Source: an uncultured Acidimicrobiia bacterium
Lineage (GTDB): Bacteria > Actinomycetota > Acidimicrobiia > IMCC26256 > JAENVU01
Direction: 5' to 3'
DNA: 64,000 bases
Assembly: GCA_963819945.1 (NCBI GenBank)
Contig: CAWFYD010000005.1
Coordinates: 18,374-82,373 of the forward strand
Shown: positions 50,545 to 61,559 of the stretch, piece after piece
Layout: the number at the start of each line of letters is the position of its first letter
How positions within the stretch are numbered: position 1 is the stretch's first letter
Translations under genes and position numbers: made by a program
The notes under the pieces: generated by a model
What the model saw: the letters and a program-made list of their open reading frames with translations, nothing else
The model's database searches: none
Told to the model about the DNA's origin: nothing

Positions 50545-51482
50545 TCACTTCGTCGCGGTCGGTGCGACGAGACCGCCCAGGCCGCCCACGACCGGAAGCG
50601 GCGTGGCCGAGAGCAGGAAGTCGTAGGCGCCGTCCTCGGCACAGTCGTCGGCGAGCTCGTCGAGCGCCCACTGCTGGCCCTGCGGGATGCCCATGTCCCG
50701 CAGCTCGATCATGTGCACCGGGAAGAGGAACGGGTTCTCACCCTCACCGGGGTACGGCTCGAAGGTGTGCGTGTCGGTGGCGATGCCGGCGATGTCGTTG
50801 TCGTGCAGCCACTCGAGCGCGCCGACCCCGACGCCGGGCGAGATGTCCGCGTACCGCTCCCGGTTGCCTTCCCGGAGCCAGTGCATCTGGTTGGTGCGGA
50901 CCAGGATCACGTCGCCCGGCTCGGCGGAGAGTCCGGCGCTCGGACACGCAGGCGTCCAGATCGCCGCCGGTGATCGCGTACGGCTCGTCGAACCACTCGA
51001 CGCCCTTCAGCCGCGCGATGTCACAGAGAATTCCGCGCGTCACGATCGGACCGAACTGCTCGATCCCCAGGCGTCGTCGCGCCGTCCTCCATCGTGATGG
51101 CCGACGACGGCACGCCGTTGAACAGCAGGTGGTCGTAGCCCGGCGTGCGCCAGCGAGTCCCAGTGGGTGGCGGACTGCAGACCGGTCTCGAGCTTGTCGT
51201 CGCTGGTCTGGAAGTCGCCCGGGATCACCCGTGAACGCGAACGACGCGACGGTGACGGTCCGCTTCGGGTTCTCGCGGCCCATGACCCGGCCCGTCTGCG
51301 GGCCGTCGGCGTGCATCGGGATCGAGAGCGAGAACGACACACCACGCCGGACCGCGGCCGCACCTCGGCGCACCGCGGCCTCGTCGATGAGGTTCAGCGT
51401 GCCGCGCTGATCGTCCGGACCCCCAACGTCCCCAGTTGGAGACGCGGGCCGCGAGCGCCCGCTGCTCGTCGTTCAGCGGCAC
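50545..51482 (-). pseudogene. Cyclase family protein (kynurenine formamidase-like), about four frame switches
   Basis: MPLNDEQRALAARVSNWGRWG (ORF 51225..51482), LQSATHWDSLAH (ORF 51040..), GIEQFGPIVTRGILCDIA (ORF 50744..), ILVRTNQMHW...GIATDTHTFEP (ORF 50545..50910). Confidence 0.6.
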
Positions 51483-51488
51483 GGGAAC

Positions 51489-53063
51489 CTACGAGTCCGA
51501 GTACTGCTTGCGCAGCTCGTGCTTGAGCACCTTGCCGGTCGGGTTGCGCGGCAGCACGTCGAGCAGGACCAGCTGCTCGGGGATCTTCTGCACCATGAGC
51601 CCCTCACCCTTCAGGAACTCGAACAGATCGGTCAGCGTCGGCGGGTTCTCGGGATCGGCGGCGACAACCACCGCGCAGGCCCGCTCCCCCGACTTCGGGT
51701 CCGGCAGACCGATCACCGCCGCATCCGCGATCTGCGGCGAGGTGAAGAGGAGATCCTCCACCTCCTTGGCCGAGATGTTCTCGCCCTTGCGGATGATCAC
51801 GTCCTTGAGGCGGCCCGTGATCGCGATGTAGCCCTCCGCATCGAGGTTGCCGAGATCGCCGCTGCGGAAGAAGCCTTCCTCGTCGAACGCCTCGGCATCG
51901 AGCGACGCATCGACGTACCCGAGCATCAGATTCGGGCCCTTGGCCCGAATCTCGCCTTCCTCACCCGGGCCCGCCGGCGTGCCGTCGAGCTTGACCACCT
52001 TCACGTCGACGCCGGGGCCGGCCCGACCTTCGGTGTCGGCGAGCTTCTGGTCGGGGTCGTGGATCCCGGCCATCGCGAGGATCGGCACCTCGGTCAGGCC
52101 GTAGCCACTGACGATCCCCACGCCCCCGAGCTCTTCCTTGACTTCGTAGTGCAGCGCCGGCGGCTTGGCCGCGCCCCCGCCGACGAACGCGCGCGCATCG
52201 GGGAAGATCGGCTGGTCGCCGTGCTCCCGCTGCGCGGTCAGGTACGCGAGGTGGAACGCGGTGCCCGCACCCGCGATCGTCACGTTCTCGCGCCGGAGCA
52301 CGGGAATCGTGGTCACCGGCACGAACGACTCGACGAGCACGTGCACGTACCCGCCCATGAGCGACGCGAACAGCCAGCCGATGCCGCCGATGTGCGTGAA
52401 CGGGAACACCATCGCGTTGCGGTCCTCCGGGCTCATCTCGAGCACGAGGTCCATCGTGTACGCCGACGCGCCGACGGTCTTGTCCGTGTGCCGCGCGCCC
52501 TTCGGGTCCGCCGTCGTGCCCGACGTGTAGAAGACCCAGCGCCACGGACCGTCGGTCGGCGACGCCGGGCTGGAAGGGCTCGGCGGCACCCGCGGCCGGC
52601 GGACCCAGGGTCGACGGGTCGCCCTCGGGCAGCACCTTGTCGCAGACGAGCACCTCGAGGTCGGGGTTGTCCGCGGCGACCGTGCGCGCCATCGCCTCGT
52701 AGTCGAACCCCCGCCACTCCGACGGGACGATGAGCAGCTTGGCGCCGGTCTGCTGGGTGATGAACCGCACCTCGCGCTCGCGGTAGATCGGCAGCATCGG
52801 GTTCTGGACCGCACCGAGCCGGGCCAGCGCGCCGACGAGGACCATCGACTCGATCCAGGTCGGGAGCTCCCAGGACACGTTCGTGCCCTCGCCGACCCCG
52901 AGCGCCGCGAGACCGGCGGCGGCGCGGTGGCGGCGTCGCGGTACTCGGCGAACGTGAGCGAGCGCTCGTGCTCGTCGATCGCGAACTTGGCGTCGGGCGT
53001 CGCCGCGGCGCGCTGCTCGATCAGGTCCCAGAGCGACGTCCAGCTCGTCAGGAGGTCGGTCAC
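51489..53063 (-). CDS. AMP-dependent acyl-CoA synthetase/ligase with an internal out-of-frame segment (~52560-52900)
   Basis: GTG 53063 within open ORF 51489..53513. WVFYTSGTTADPKGARH, GYGLTE, FRSGDLGNLDAEGYIAITGRLKD. The conserved segment WIESMVLVGALARLGAVQNPMLPIYREREV... is readable only in ORF 51961..52878. Confidence 0.75.
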   Translation of the reverse strand: MTDLLTSWTSLWDLIEQRAAATPDAKFAIDEHERSLTFAEYRDAATAPPPVSRRSGSARARTCPGSSRPGSSRWSSSARWPGSVRSRTRCCRSTASARCGSSPSRPAPSCSSSRRSGGGSTTRRWRARSPRTTPTSRCSSATRCCPRATRRPWVRRPRVPPSPSSPASPTDGPWRWVFYTSGTTADPKGARHTDKTVGASAYTMDLVLEMSPEDRNAMVFPFTHIGGIGWLFASLMGGYVHVLVESFVPVTTIPVLRRENVTIAGAGTAFHLAYLTAQREHGDQPIFPDARAFVGGGAAKPPALHYEVKEELGGVGIVSGYGLTEVPILAMAGIHDPDQKLADTEGRAGPGVDVKVVKLDGTPAGPGEEGEIRAKGPNLMLGYVDASLDAEAFDEEGFFRSGDLGNLDAEGYIAITGRLKDVIIRKGENISAKEVEDLLFTSPQIADAAVIGLPDPKSGERACAVVVAADPENPPTLTDLFEFLKGEGLMVQKIPEQLVLLDVLPRNPTGKVLKHELRKQYSDS

Positions 53064-53830
53064 TTCGGGAAGCCTCCTCCGTAGCTCACGAGACCGCCGT
53101 CGATGGAGACGATCGAACCCACCATGTAGCGCGCGTCGTCCGACGCGACGTACGCGATGCAGTTCGCGACTTCCTCCGGCTCGGAGACCCCGATGCGAGA
53201 CATCACCGGCCGCAGCACGTCGACGTCCGCACCCTCGGGCAGGCGGAAGCCCTTGGTGAGCGGCGTGCGCATCCCGCCCGGCGCGACGCAGTTGACCCGC
53301 ACGCCGCGGTCGACGTACTCGACCGCGAGGGCGCGGGTCAGGTTCACCACGCCGCCCTTCGACGCGCAGTACGCGGCGCTGTACGGCTGGCCCATGATCC
53401 CGGCGTTCGATGCGATGTTCACGATCGTCCCGCCGCCGTCGAGCAGGTGCGGCAGCGAGTAGCGGCACATGAGGAACGTGCCGGTGAGGTTCACGTTGAG
53501 GATCGCCGCCCACCGGGCCGGGTCCTCCTCCTCGCTGCGGGCGAACCCGCCGATGCCCGCCGAGTTCACGAGGAGCTGCGGTCGGCCGAGATCGCCGGCA
53601 ATGGCGCCGATCGCGGTCTCCACCGAGCCGGCGTCACTCACGTCGACGGAGTACGCCTTCGAGGTCCCGCCGTTCCCGTTGATCTCCGCCGCGACTTCCT
53701 CGGCGGCGTCGGTGGCCAGGTCCAGGACGGCGACCTTCGCGCCCTCGCTCGCGAACAGCCGGGCGGTGGCCCGACCCAGCCCGGACCCTGCTCCGGTGAC
53801 CACCGCGACTCGATCCGTGAAACGCGCCAT
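53060..53830 (-). CDS. SDR family oxidoreductase
   Basis: Uninterrupted 256-aa ORF with TGAGSGLG and YCASKGG. Start/stop overlap with the downstream synthetase gene. Confidence 0.85.
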   Translation of the reverse strand: MARFTDRVAVVTGAGSGLGRATARLFASEGAKVAVLDLATDAAEEVAAEINGNGGTSKAYSVDVSDAGSVETAIGAIAGDLGRPQLLVNSAGIGGFARSEEEDPARWAAILNVNLTGTFLMCRYSLPHLLDGGGTIVNIASNAGIMGQPYSAAYCASKGGVVNLTRALAVEYVDRGVRVNCVAPGGMRTPLTKGFRLPEGADVDVLRPVMSRIGVSEPEEVANCIAYVASDDARYMVGSIVSIDGGLVSYGGGFPK

Positions 53831-53882
53831 GTACCTGGGCCCCCTCGACCGTCATGAGCGGACCGTCGTGGCCCGGGTTCCG

Positions 53883-53905
53883 GAATCTAACGTAGTGTCA
53901 GATTC
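53883..53905. promoter_or_regulatory. Operator-like palindrome GAATCTAAC-GTAGT-GTCAGATTC (class A)
   Basis: 9-bp inverted arms with one mismatch. Lies in the 64-nt divergent gap between SDR (start 53830) and acyl-CoA synthetase (start 53895/53907). Arms match 34882-34902. Confidence 0.45.
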
Positions 53906-55422
53906 TGTGGCAACGGCCGAAAACACTGCGCAATTGCTGCGCGTCGCGGCTCGTGAGCATCCCGAGCGCGAGGCCTATGTTCACGGAGAGAAGCGGGTCA
54001 CCTACGCGTGGCTGGACCGGGCCGCGGACGGGTTCGCCGCGACGCTGCTCGACTTCGGGGTGCGGCCCGGCGACGTCGTCTGCCTCATGCTCGCCTCGTC
54101 CATCAAGTTCGCCGCCTGCTACCTCGGCGCGCTCCGGGCCGGCGCCATCACCTCCGCCATCAACCTGCGTCTGGGGGTCAACGAGCAGGCGAGCATCCTC
54201 GCCCGCACCCGACCGGCGGTGACCGTCCTCGGCGACGGCGCCGAGATCCCGGCCGGGGCCGACGCGGGCAAGGTGCTCCACGTCTCCGAGCTCGGCACCG
54301 CGCTCGGCCGCGAGCCGCGTCAGCCGACGAGCGGCTTCCCGCGATCGGCCGCGACGGATCCGGCGTGCATCGTGTGGACGAGCGGCACCACCGGCGCGCC
54401 GAAGGGCGCGGTCTACGACCACGTCCGCATGGCCGCGATCTCCCGGCAACATGGGCCAGCTCACCGAGCCCGGCGACCGCCGGCTCGTCGTCCTCCCGTT
54501 CGCGCACGTCGGCTACATGACCCGCATGTGGGACGAGCTCGCGAACGGGACGACGATCGTCCTCGCCGGCGAGCCGTGGTCCGCGGCCGAGACCCTGCGC
54601 CTCATCCGTGAAGAGAACATCACGATGGGCACCGGCGTCCCGACGCAATGGGAGCTGGTCCTCGCGCCACGAGGACATGGCCCGCACCGACTTCTCCCGG
54701 CTCCGCGTCTGCGGCATCGGCGGCGCGGCGATCTCACCCGACCTGGTGCGCCGCATGCGCGAGACCATGGGCTGCCCGGTGATCAGCCGCTACACGAGCA
54801 CCGAAGCCGGCGTCACGACGAGCACCCTGATCGGCGACCCGGACGAGATCGTCGCGACGACGGTCGGTCGGCCCGCGCCGGAGGTCCAGCTCCGCATCGT
54901 GGACCCGGCGACCAACACGCCGGTGGCGACGCGGTGAGGTCGGGCGAGGTCGTCTGCCAGTCCCCCGCGATGATGCGCGGGTACTGGCACGACGACGAGC
55001 TCACCGCGACCGTGATCGACGCCGGACGGCTGGCTGCACACCGGCGATCTCGGCACGGTGGCCGACGACGGCAACGTCCGCATCGTCGGCCGGCTCAAGG
55101 AGATGTACATCCGCGGCGGGTACAACGTGTACCCCTCCGAGGTCGAGGCGGTGCTGGCCGAACACCCGGCGATCGCGCAGCGTCGCGGTGCTCGGCCTGC
55201 CGGACCCGGTGCTCGGCGAGGTGGGCGGCGTGTTCGCCGTAGCCGCCGATCCCGGGCGCGCCACCGCAGCTCGCCGACCTGCGGAACTGGTGCAAGGCCC
55301 GGATCGCGGACTACAAGGCACCGGACCGGTTGGTCGTCGTCGACGCCCTGCCCGTGACCCCGATGCACAAGATCGACAAGGCGGCACTACGCGCCATCTA
55401 CGAGACGACGGAGGAAACGTGA
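53895..55422 (+). pseudogene. AMP-dependent acyl-CoA synthetase/ligase, about five frame switches
   Basis: GTG 53895 or 53907; AENTAQLLRVAAREHPEREAYV...CIVWTSGTTGAPKGAVY (frame of ORF 53469..); pieces in ORFs 54451.., 54608.., 55058.., 55188... C-terminus [25 protein letters not shown] ends at TGA 55420-55422. Confidence 0.7.
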
Positions 55423-56246
55423 GCGAAGCGACAGCCGAGAAGCCGAAGGCGAACATCCAGGACGTCGGTACCGGGGACACCCGCGACAAGCCGATCAAGC
55501 TGGGTGGTGCGCTCGTGACGATGGTCGAGCCGCACAAGGGGCACGAGGTCGCGTACAACCGCTGGTACGAGCGCGACCACTTCTACGCCGGGTGCCAGAT
55601 CGGCGCGTGGAACCTCGCGGGCACACGCTTCGTCGCGACCCGCGAGTGCAAGGCGAAGCGCTACCCCGCCGACTCACCGATCTGCCCGGACCCGACCTCG
55701 GGCTCGTACCTCGCCGTCTACTGGATCCTCGCGGGCAAGTTCGGCGAGTGGATCCAGTGGGGCACCAACCAGGTCAACTGGCTGCACGAGAACGGCCGGA
55801 TGTTCCCGCACCGCGATCACATCCACACGCTGATGTACAAGTACCGCGGCGAGGTCCACGCCGACCCCGACGGCGTCCCGGCCGAGCTCGCGCTCGACCG
55901 CCGCTACCCCGGGCTCGTGCTCGTCATCGGTGAGCTGGCGGACGGCGTGCAGGACACCCAGGTCACCGAGTGGGTGGCGTCCCGGCCCCTCCCCTCCGAC
56001 CAGGTCGTGACCTTCACCCCGATCCCGTTGCTGGGCAACGCGCCGTCGGACGTCCCCCGGGACGAGGCCAAGGACCGGTTCTGCCACCTGTACTTCGTCG
56101 ACGGTGACCCGGTGGAGATCTGGGACGAGCAGTTCGCCGGCCTCGGCGACGACCTCGCGGCGGCCGGTCTCGGCACCGTCGTGTTCGCGTCGCCGTTCAT
56201 CGGCACCGTGGCCGGCACCGACACCTACACCGACCAGCTCTGGTAG
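55419..56246 (+). CDS. Conserved hypothetical protein (family not recognised)
   Basis: GTG 55419 overlaps the upstream TGA (GTGA). Uninterrupted ~275 aa: LVTMVEPHKGHEVAYNRWYERDHFYAG.... Good GC3. Confidence 0.6.
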   Translation: MSEATAEKPKANIQDVGTGDTRDKPIKLGGALVTMVEPHKGHEVAYNRWYERDHFYAGCQIGAWNLAGTRFVATRECKAKRYPADSPICPDPTSGSYLAVYWILAGKFGEWIQWGTNQVNWLHENGRMFPHRDHIHTLMYKYRGEVHADPDGVPAELALDRRYPGLVLVIGELADGVQDTQVTEWVASRPLPSDQVVTFTPIPLLGNAPSDVPRDEAKDRFCHLYFVDGDPVEIWDEQFAGLGDDLAAAGLGTVVFASPFIGTVAGTDTYTDQLW

Positions 56247-56250
56247 CCGC

Positions 56251-58045
56251 TCAGTCCGGGCGTTCGTCGAGGTACACCGCGATCTCGACCGCGGGCGCGT
56301 GGCGCCCCTTCCGCACCATGTCCAGCGAGCGCGTCTCGCCCGGCCCCGGGCGGCGTGCGCTCCGCTTCGTCCAGGACCGCTTGCAACGCGGCCCGATCCG
56401 CCGGCGGTCAGCGGGCGCGAGTAGTGGGCGATGCGGGGCCCGGGCGCCTTGAACTTCTTGATCGCGTCGCGGCCCAGCACCATGACGATCTTGGCCCGGT
56501 AGGGACCACCGTGGTCGCTGCGGTGCTCGCCGTAGACCACCGGCAGCGACGGGATGAGCTCGACCGGGATGCCGTGCCGCTCGAGCGCCAGCGCGAGGCC
56601 GGGCGACGACCGTGCCCGCCCTCGTAGGTGTTGATGCGAACCGGTCCGTCACCGGGCGGGAGGTGCTCGAGCACCTGGCGGGCGATCGAATGCTCCTGCG
56701 CCTGCTGCTTGGCGAACGGAGTCCCGGCGTTGATGGCGTCCACGGTCTCCATCGTGGCAGATGACCGCGAGCAGGACCGCGGCCAGTGGCGTCGCGACGC
56801 GCAGGACCGCGGCGCGTCGGGCCGGCGGGACGGCGAGCCAGATGCCTTGCAGCACCAGCATGCCGAGCGCGGCGCCGAGCACCCACGTCCAGCGGTTGAG
56901 GTACGGGAACACGATGTCGACGATGTTGCTGACCGCGAGGAGCGCGGCGAGCAGCCCGACCCCGATGAGCGCGGCGAACCACACGGTCTCGCGGGCGTTG
57001 CGATCCGTCGGTCGCCGCTTGACCGCGACGACCGTCGCCGCCGCGCCGAGCACCAGCCAGATGACCGCCCACCAACGTGGCTCGACGAACGCGTTGCCGA
57101 ACACCGCATTGCCGCGCGGGCCGAGGATCCATTCGGGGCGGGGGCCCCACTGCAGCCCCATGACCTCCAACGCCGTGTGGAAGCCCGCCGTCGGCCGGTT
57201 CTGCGTGTAGAAGAAGTCGAACAGCCGCCCGAGGTTGCCGTCACCGTCCACGATCGTGCCGTACGCGACCGGGAGCCAGAGCACGACGAAGACGGCTCCG
57301 GCTACCACGGCTGATCTTCGCGCAGGCGACGCCACCACACCCCGCGCTCCTCGGCCGGGGTCCGGCGGCCCTGGACGAACACGCCGACGAGCGCGACGAC
57401 CAGCAGCGCCACGGACTCGATCGCGAGCCCGACGTGGCTCTGGATCGTGAAGCTGGCCACCGCGATCGCGACCGGGAGCATCCACAGGTCGCCCACCGCG
57501 ACGGACCACGCGAGCAGCAGCAGCAACAGCAGCGGCAGCACGGGGAGGTACGGGTTCCACGGATTGCGCAGGAGGTCCGCGCCGAGCGCGTGCGTCATGA
57601 GCGCGACCGGGACCAGGACCGTCAGCGCGATCGGCAGCCGGCCGCGCCGGTACGCGACCCAACCGATGGCCCCGATCGTCGCGGCGTTGATGCCGAGCGC
57701 GGTGATGTGCATCGAGATCGACCTGGACCCGAGCAGCTTGTACGGCACCGCGAGCGCGTAGAACATCAGCGGCCCGGGATGGTTGAAGCCGTACCGGGAG
57801 TAGGGGCCGACGAAGACGCCGTGGGTGAAGACGTCGCGCGTCTGCATCTCGAAGATCGCCCAGTCGACGGTCGGCACGTACGAATCGCCGACCACGAACC
57901 ACAGGTAGACCGCCGAGACGACGAGCGGGATCACGAGCAACGCGACGAGGCCGACGGTCCACCACCGGTCGCGGCGACCGGCGGCGGGGATCGCCGTCGG
58001 AACGTCAGGCCGCGCCTGCGGCTCGCTCTGCTCGTGGGTCAGCAC
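56251..58045 (-). pseudogene. Large polytopic integral membrane protein (function unknown), about four frame switches
   Basis: ORF 57302..58045 (multiple TM helices, LPVLPLLLLLLLAWSV), then pieces in ORFs 56649..57965, 56408..57244, 55674..56540 and 56251..57150 (C-terminus ...VEIAVYLDERPD). Confidence 0.5.
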
Positions 58046-58099
58046 CGGGGCGCCACCCTACTGATCAACGCTCGGCGCGCCATTGCAGCGTCCGCGGGC

Positions 58100-59576
58100 T
58101 CAGTCGGCCACGAAGACGCCCGGCGCGGTCACGCGCACCGTGCGGCCGACCCAGTCCGATTCCGTCATGGCGGAGGCGATACCCACATCGGTGCACCGGG
58201 CAATCGTTCGCCCACCCTCGACGTCCAGCACGGCGACCCGCGCGTGACGGCTCGGCGCCCGCGAACACCACCGTGTCGGCCACGATCGTCGCCGGTCCGG
58301 TCGCATCCGGCAGGAGGTCCAGCACCTCGGTGCGCGCGGTCGCTTCCTCGGTGACATCGGTGGCGCGGAAGCCACCCGGTGGGCGGCGTGGCCGACCACA
58401 ACGATGCGCCCGGCTTGGTGAGGATGGCGCTCACCGACGTGATGAGTCCGGTGGCGTCCGGCTGCTCGCGCAATCGACCGACGAGCGGCACCAAGCCCTT
58501 GGAGCACCGAGCTGTTGAGCGGGCCGCCCCCGAACGTCATGCCGCCCGAGACGGTGAGCGGGGAGTCGATCGGCAGCCCGAGCGCCGCGGCCTGCACCTG
58601 CACCGCGGCCGGGAAGCAGCTGTAGAGCTCGACGAGCGCAGGGACGATCGCATCCGGACCGCGCAGCCCGAGCGCGTCTGCGACCGCCTCGAACGCGGGC
58701 CAGCGGTGGATCTCGGCTCGCCGCGGCATCACGACCATCTGGTTGGACTCCGCCGCCGAGTGCGCGAACACCCACTGGTCCCGCGGCACTCCGAGGGCCG
58801 TCGCGGTCTCCGCGGCCATGAGCACCGCCGCCGCGGACTGGTCGACGTTCCACTGCGAGCAGAGCAGCTTCGTGTACGGCGTCGCGAGCATCCGGTTCTC
58901 GCGCGTGATCGTTGCGATCTCGTCGGCGCTCAGGCCCCGCTGGTCCCAGGCGATGTCGTTCGTCAGCGGCGACGGCACCGAAGCGGGACCAGAGCTCGGC
59001 CGCGTGGCGCCGCTGCTCGTCGGGCGTCCGGTGCGCCTCGTGCGCGAGCGCGCTCTCGATGAGCGCGTACTGGTGCGCGGGCGGAGCGAGATCACGTTCG
59101 ATCTCGGCCGTGGTGTAGATGTCACCCGCCGGCTGCAGGAGCTCGTCCGGTGCACCGGCGGATGGATCCGGATCGTCCAGCGCGATCCCGGCTCTTGGCC
59201 GCGAGCACCGCGCGCTGCTTCGCCTCCGCACCGCAGACGAGCACCACGTTCGCGTCGCCGTCGGCGATCGCCTGCGCCGCTCGGGTCAGCAGCGTCTGCT
59301 GCAGCACGCCGACCTCGGCGAGGACGCTGCGCGGATCCGCCCCGAAGGTCTTCGCGACCGCGCGACCGGGATCGCGATACGACCAGATGCCCTTCGGGCA
59401 CGAGCACGAGGTCGATGCTCTCGAGCGCACGCGACCGCCCCAGAGTCCTCGCCGGCGCGTGCGGCGGCCGCGACCATCAGATTCCAGGCGTCATCGCCGT
59501 CGTACGGGTCGGTGGCGCGTTGGGTGACCGCGCCGACCCCGACGAGGACCGGCGTTCGCGGATCGACCTCGCTCAT
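58100..59576 (-). pseudogene. Thiolase-like protein (acetyl-CoA acetyltransferase / lipid-transfer-type), about six frame switches
   Basis: MSEVDPRTPVLVGVGAVTQR (ORF 59286..59576); VLVCGAEAK; LCSQWNVDQSAAAVLMAAE...ELYSCFPAAVQV...TVSGGMTFGGGPLN (ORF 58100..59407 and neighbours). Confidence 0.6.
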
Positions 59577-59580
59577 GCGA

Positions 59581-60574
59581 TCAGGCGGTCGGTCGGATGC
59601 GGGGCACGACCTCCGACGCGAAGAGCTCGAGGCTGGCCCAGGAGATGTCCGGCGGCAACCCGCCGGCGAGCGGGTTGAACGTCAGCGCGCCCATCGGCGA
59701 GATCTTCCCGGCCGCTTCGACCACCTGGTCGGGGGTGCCGACGAGGTACTGCGGGCTCGCCTTCAGGTCCTCGATGCCTTCCGCGTCGACCATCGGCGTG
59801 GAGTGCTGCCCGCCGGTCTGGAAGCTCGCGTAGGTCTGCGCCTCGTAGAGCACGTACGGCGCGATCTCCGCCCACGCCCGCTCCGGGTCGTGGCTCACGT
59901 GCACGAACGTCGGGCCGGACGGCGTCATCACGAACCCACCTTCGAAGCCGGTCTTCGCGGCTTCGTCGGCGTACCACTCGCTCAGGCGCGGGTCTTCGTT
60001 CATCGGCATCATCGGCAGCCCGAGTCGCGCCGCGCGCCGCGCCGCGGCTTCGACTCCGCCGCCGACGAGGATCGTCGGGTGCGGCTGGCTCAAGCGGCTT
60101 CGGCGTGCACGTGGATCGTGCGGCCGTTCCACTCGAACGGCTCCCCGGTCCAGGCCTGCAGCATGACGCCGACGTACTCCTCGAGCACCTTGCCCCGCCG
60201 GCCGATCTCCGCGCCGGCCATCTCGAACTCCTCGGGCCGGTATCCCGCGCCGGCGACGGTCCACACGCGGCCGCCGGTGGCGATGTCGATCACCGCGAGC
60301 TGCTCGGCCAGCCGCACCGGATCGTGCAACGGGACCACCACCGCGCTCAACAGGATCGGGATGCGCTCCGTCATGCCCGCGATCAGCGCGGCCATGGTGA
60401 TCGGCGCCGGCAGCCATCCGTCGTCGAGTCCGTGGTGCTCCGACACGACCGCGAAGTCCCAGCCCTGCTGGTCCGCCCACCGAAACTGCTCCAGCGCGGC
60501 GCCGTAGATCTCGGCCGAGGAGGCCGGGCCGAACGCGGGAGCCCGGAAGTCGTGACGCATCACCAGCAGCGGCA
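59581..60574 (-). pseudogene. LLM-class flavin/F420-dependent oxidoreductase, one frame switch near 60100
   Basis: ATG 60574 MPLLVMRHDFRAPAFGP...VSEHHGLDDGWLP (tail of ORF 60090..61559) joins HPTILVGGGVEAAARRAARLGLPMMP... (ORF 59581..60480). Confidence 0.7.
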
Positions 60575-60625
60575 TGGATGGAGCCCTTCGGTCGCGGGTG
60601 GGTAGGGTCGGGTCAGCGGGCGGGG

Positions 60626-61559
60626 TCAGCGGGTGAGGTGCGGTCCGACTTCGTCGCCGAAGCGGGCCATCTGGTCGCACAGCTCGTCGATCGAACGCGT
60701 CGCGAACCGAAGCTGGAGATGCGAGATCCCCATCGCGCCGTACTCGTTCAGCTTGTCCACGATGCTCGCGGCCGAGCCGCTGCGGGTGTACGGCGGCAGG
60801 TCCCAGTCCGGCGTCGCCGACGTAGACGTACTCGGTGATCACGCCGACCTCGATCGGCTCGCCGGGGCGCACGGTGTCGCGGTGCGCGTGGAGGTAGTCG
60901 ATCGACTCGGGCATCAGCTTCTTCGGGGTGCCCTGCGGGATCCAACCGTCGCCGCGCTCGGCGACGCGGCGCAGCGCGGCTTTCGACGAGCCGCCGATCC
61001 AGATCGGGGGACGCGGCTGCTGCACCGGGCGCGGCGCCAGCCCGACATCGCCGACGTACTCGTGGGTCCACGACTCCGTGATGCCGTCGATCGCCTCGTT
61101 GGTGAGGCGGCCGCGGTCGGCGAACGAGATCCCCAGCGCCTCGAACTCGCCTTCGACGTGACCGGCGCCGACCCCGAGGATCACCCGCCCGCCCGAGAGG
61201 TGATCGAGCGTGGCGAACATCTTGGCGGTCTCGAGCGGGTGGCGGTACGCGGCGACGAAGACGTTCGTCATCAGGCGGACGTTCTCGGTCTGGCCGGCGA
61301 TCCACCCGAGGGTCGCGACCGGGTTGAACCACGTCGTCGACATCGTCTCGGCCTTCTCCCGCGGGATCGCGACGTGGTCGCAGATCGCGGCGTAGAAGAA
61401 CCCGGCCTGGTCCGCGGTGACCGCGGCGCGGCGCAGGTCGTCGACGCCCGCGTCGCGCTCCCACGGCATCGACGTGTTGATGCTGAGCGCCTGGATCGGC
61501 AGCTGGATCCCGTAGACCAGCTGACCGTCCGGGATCACGGACACCGTGGGTGTGGTCAC
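60626..61559 (-). pseudogene. LLM-class F420-dependent oxidoreductase, one frame switch near 60830
   Basis: MTTPTVSVIPDGQLVYGIQLPIQ...SGGRVILGVGAGHVEGEF...IWIGGSSKAALRRVAERGDGWIPQG (ORF 60090..61559). C-terminus ...LQLRFATRSIDELCDQMARFGDEVGPHLTR by own translation, ending at TGA 60626-60628. Confidence 0.7.
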
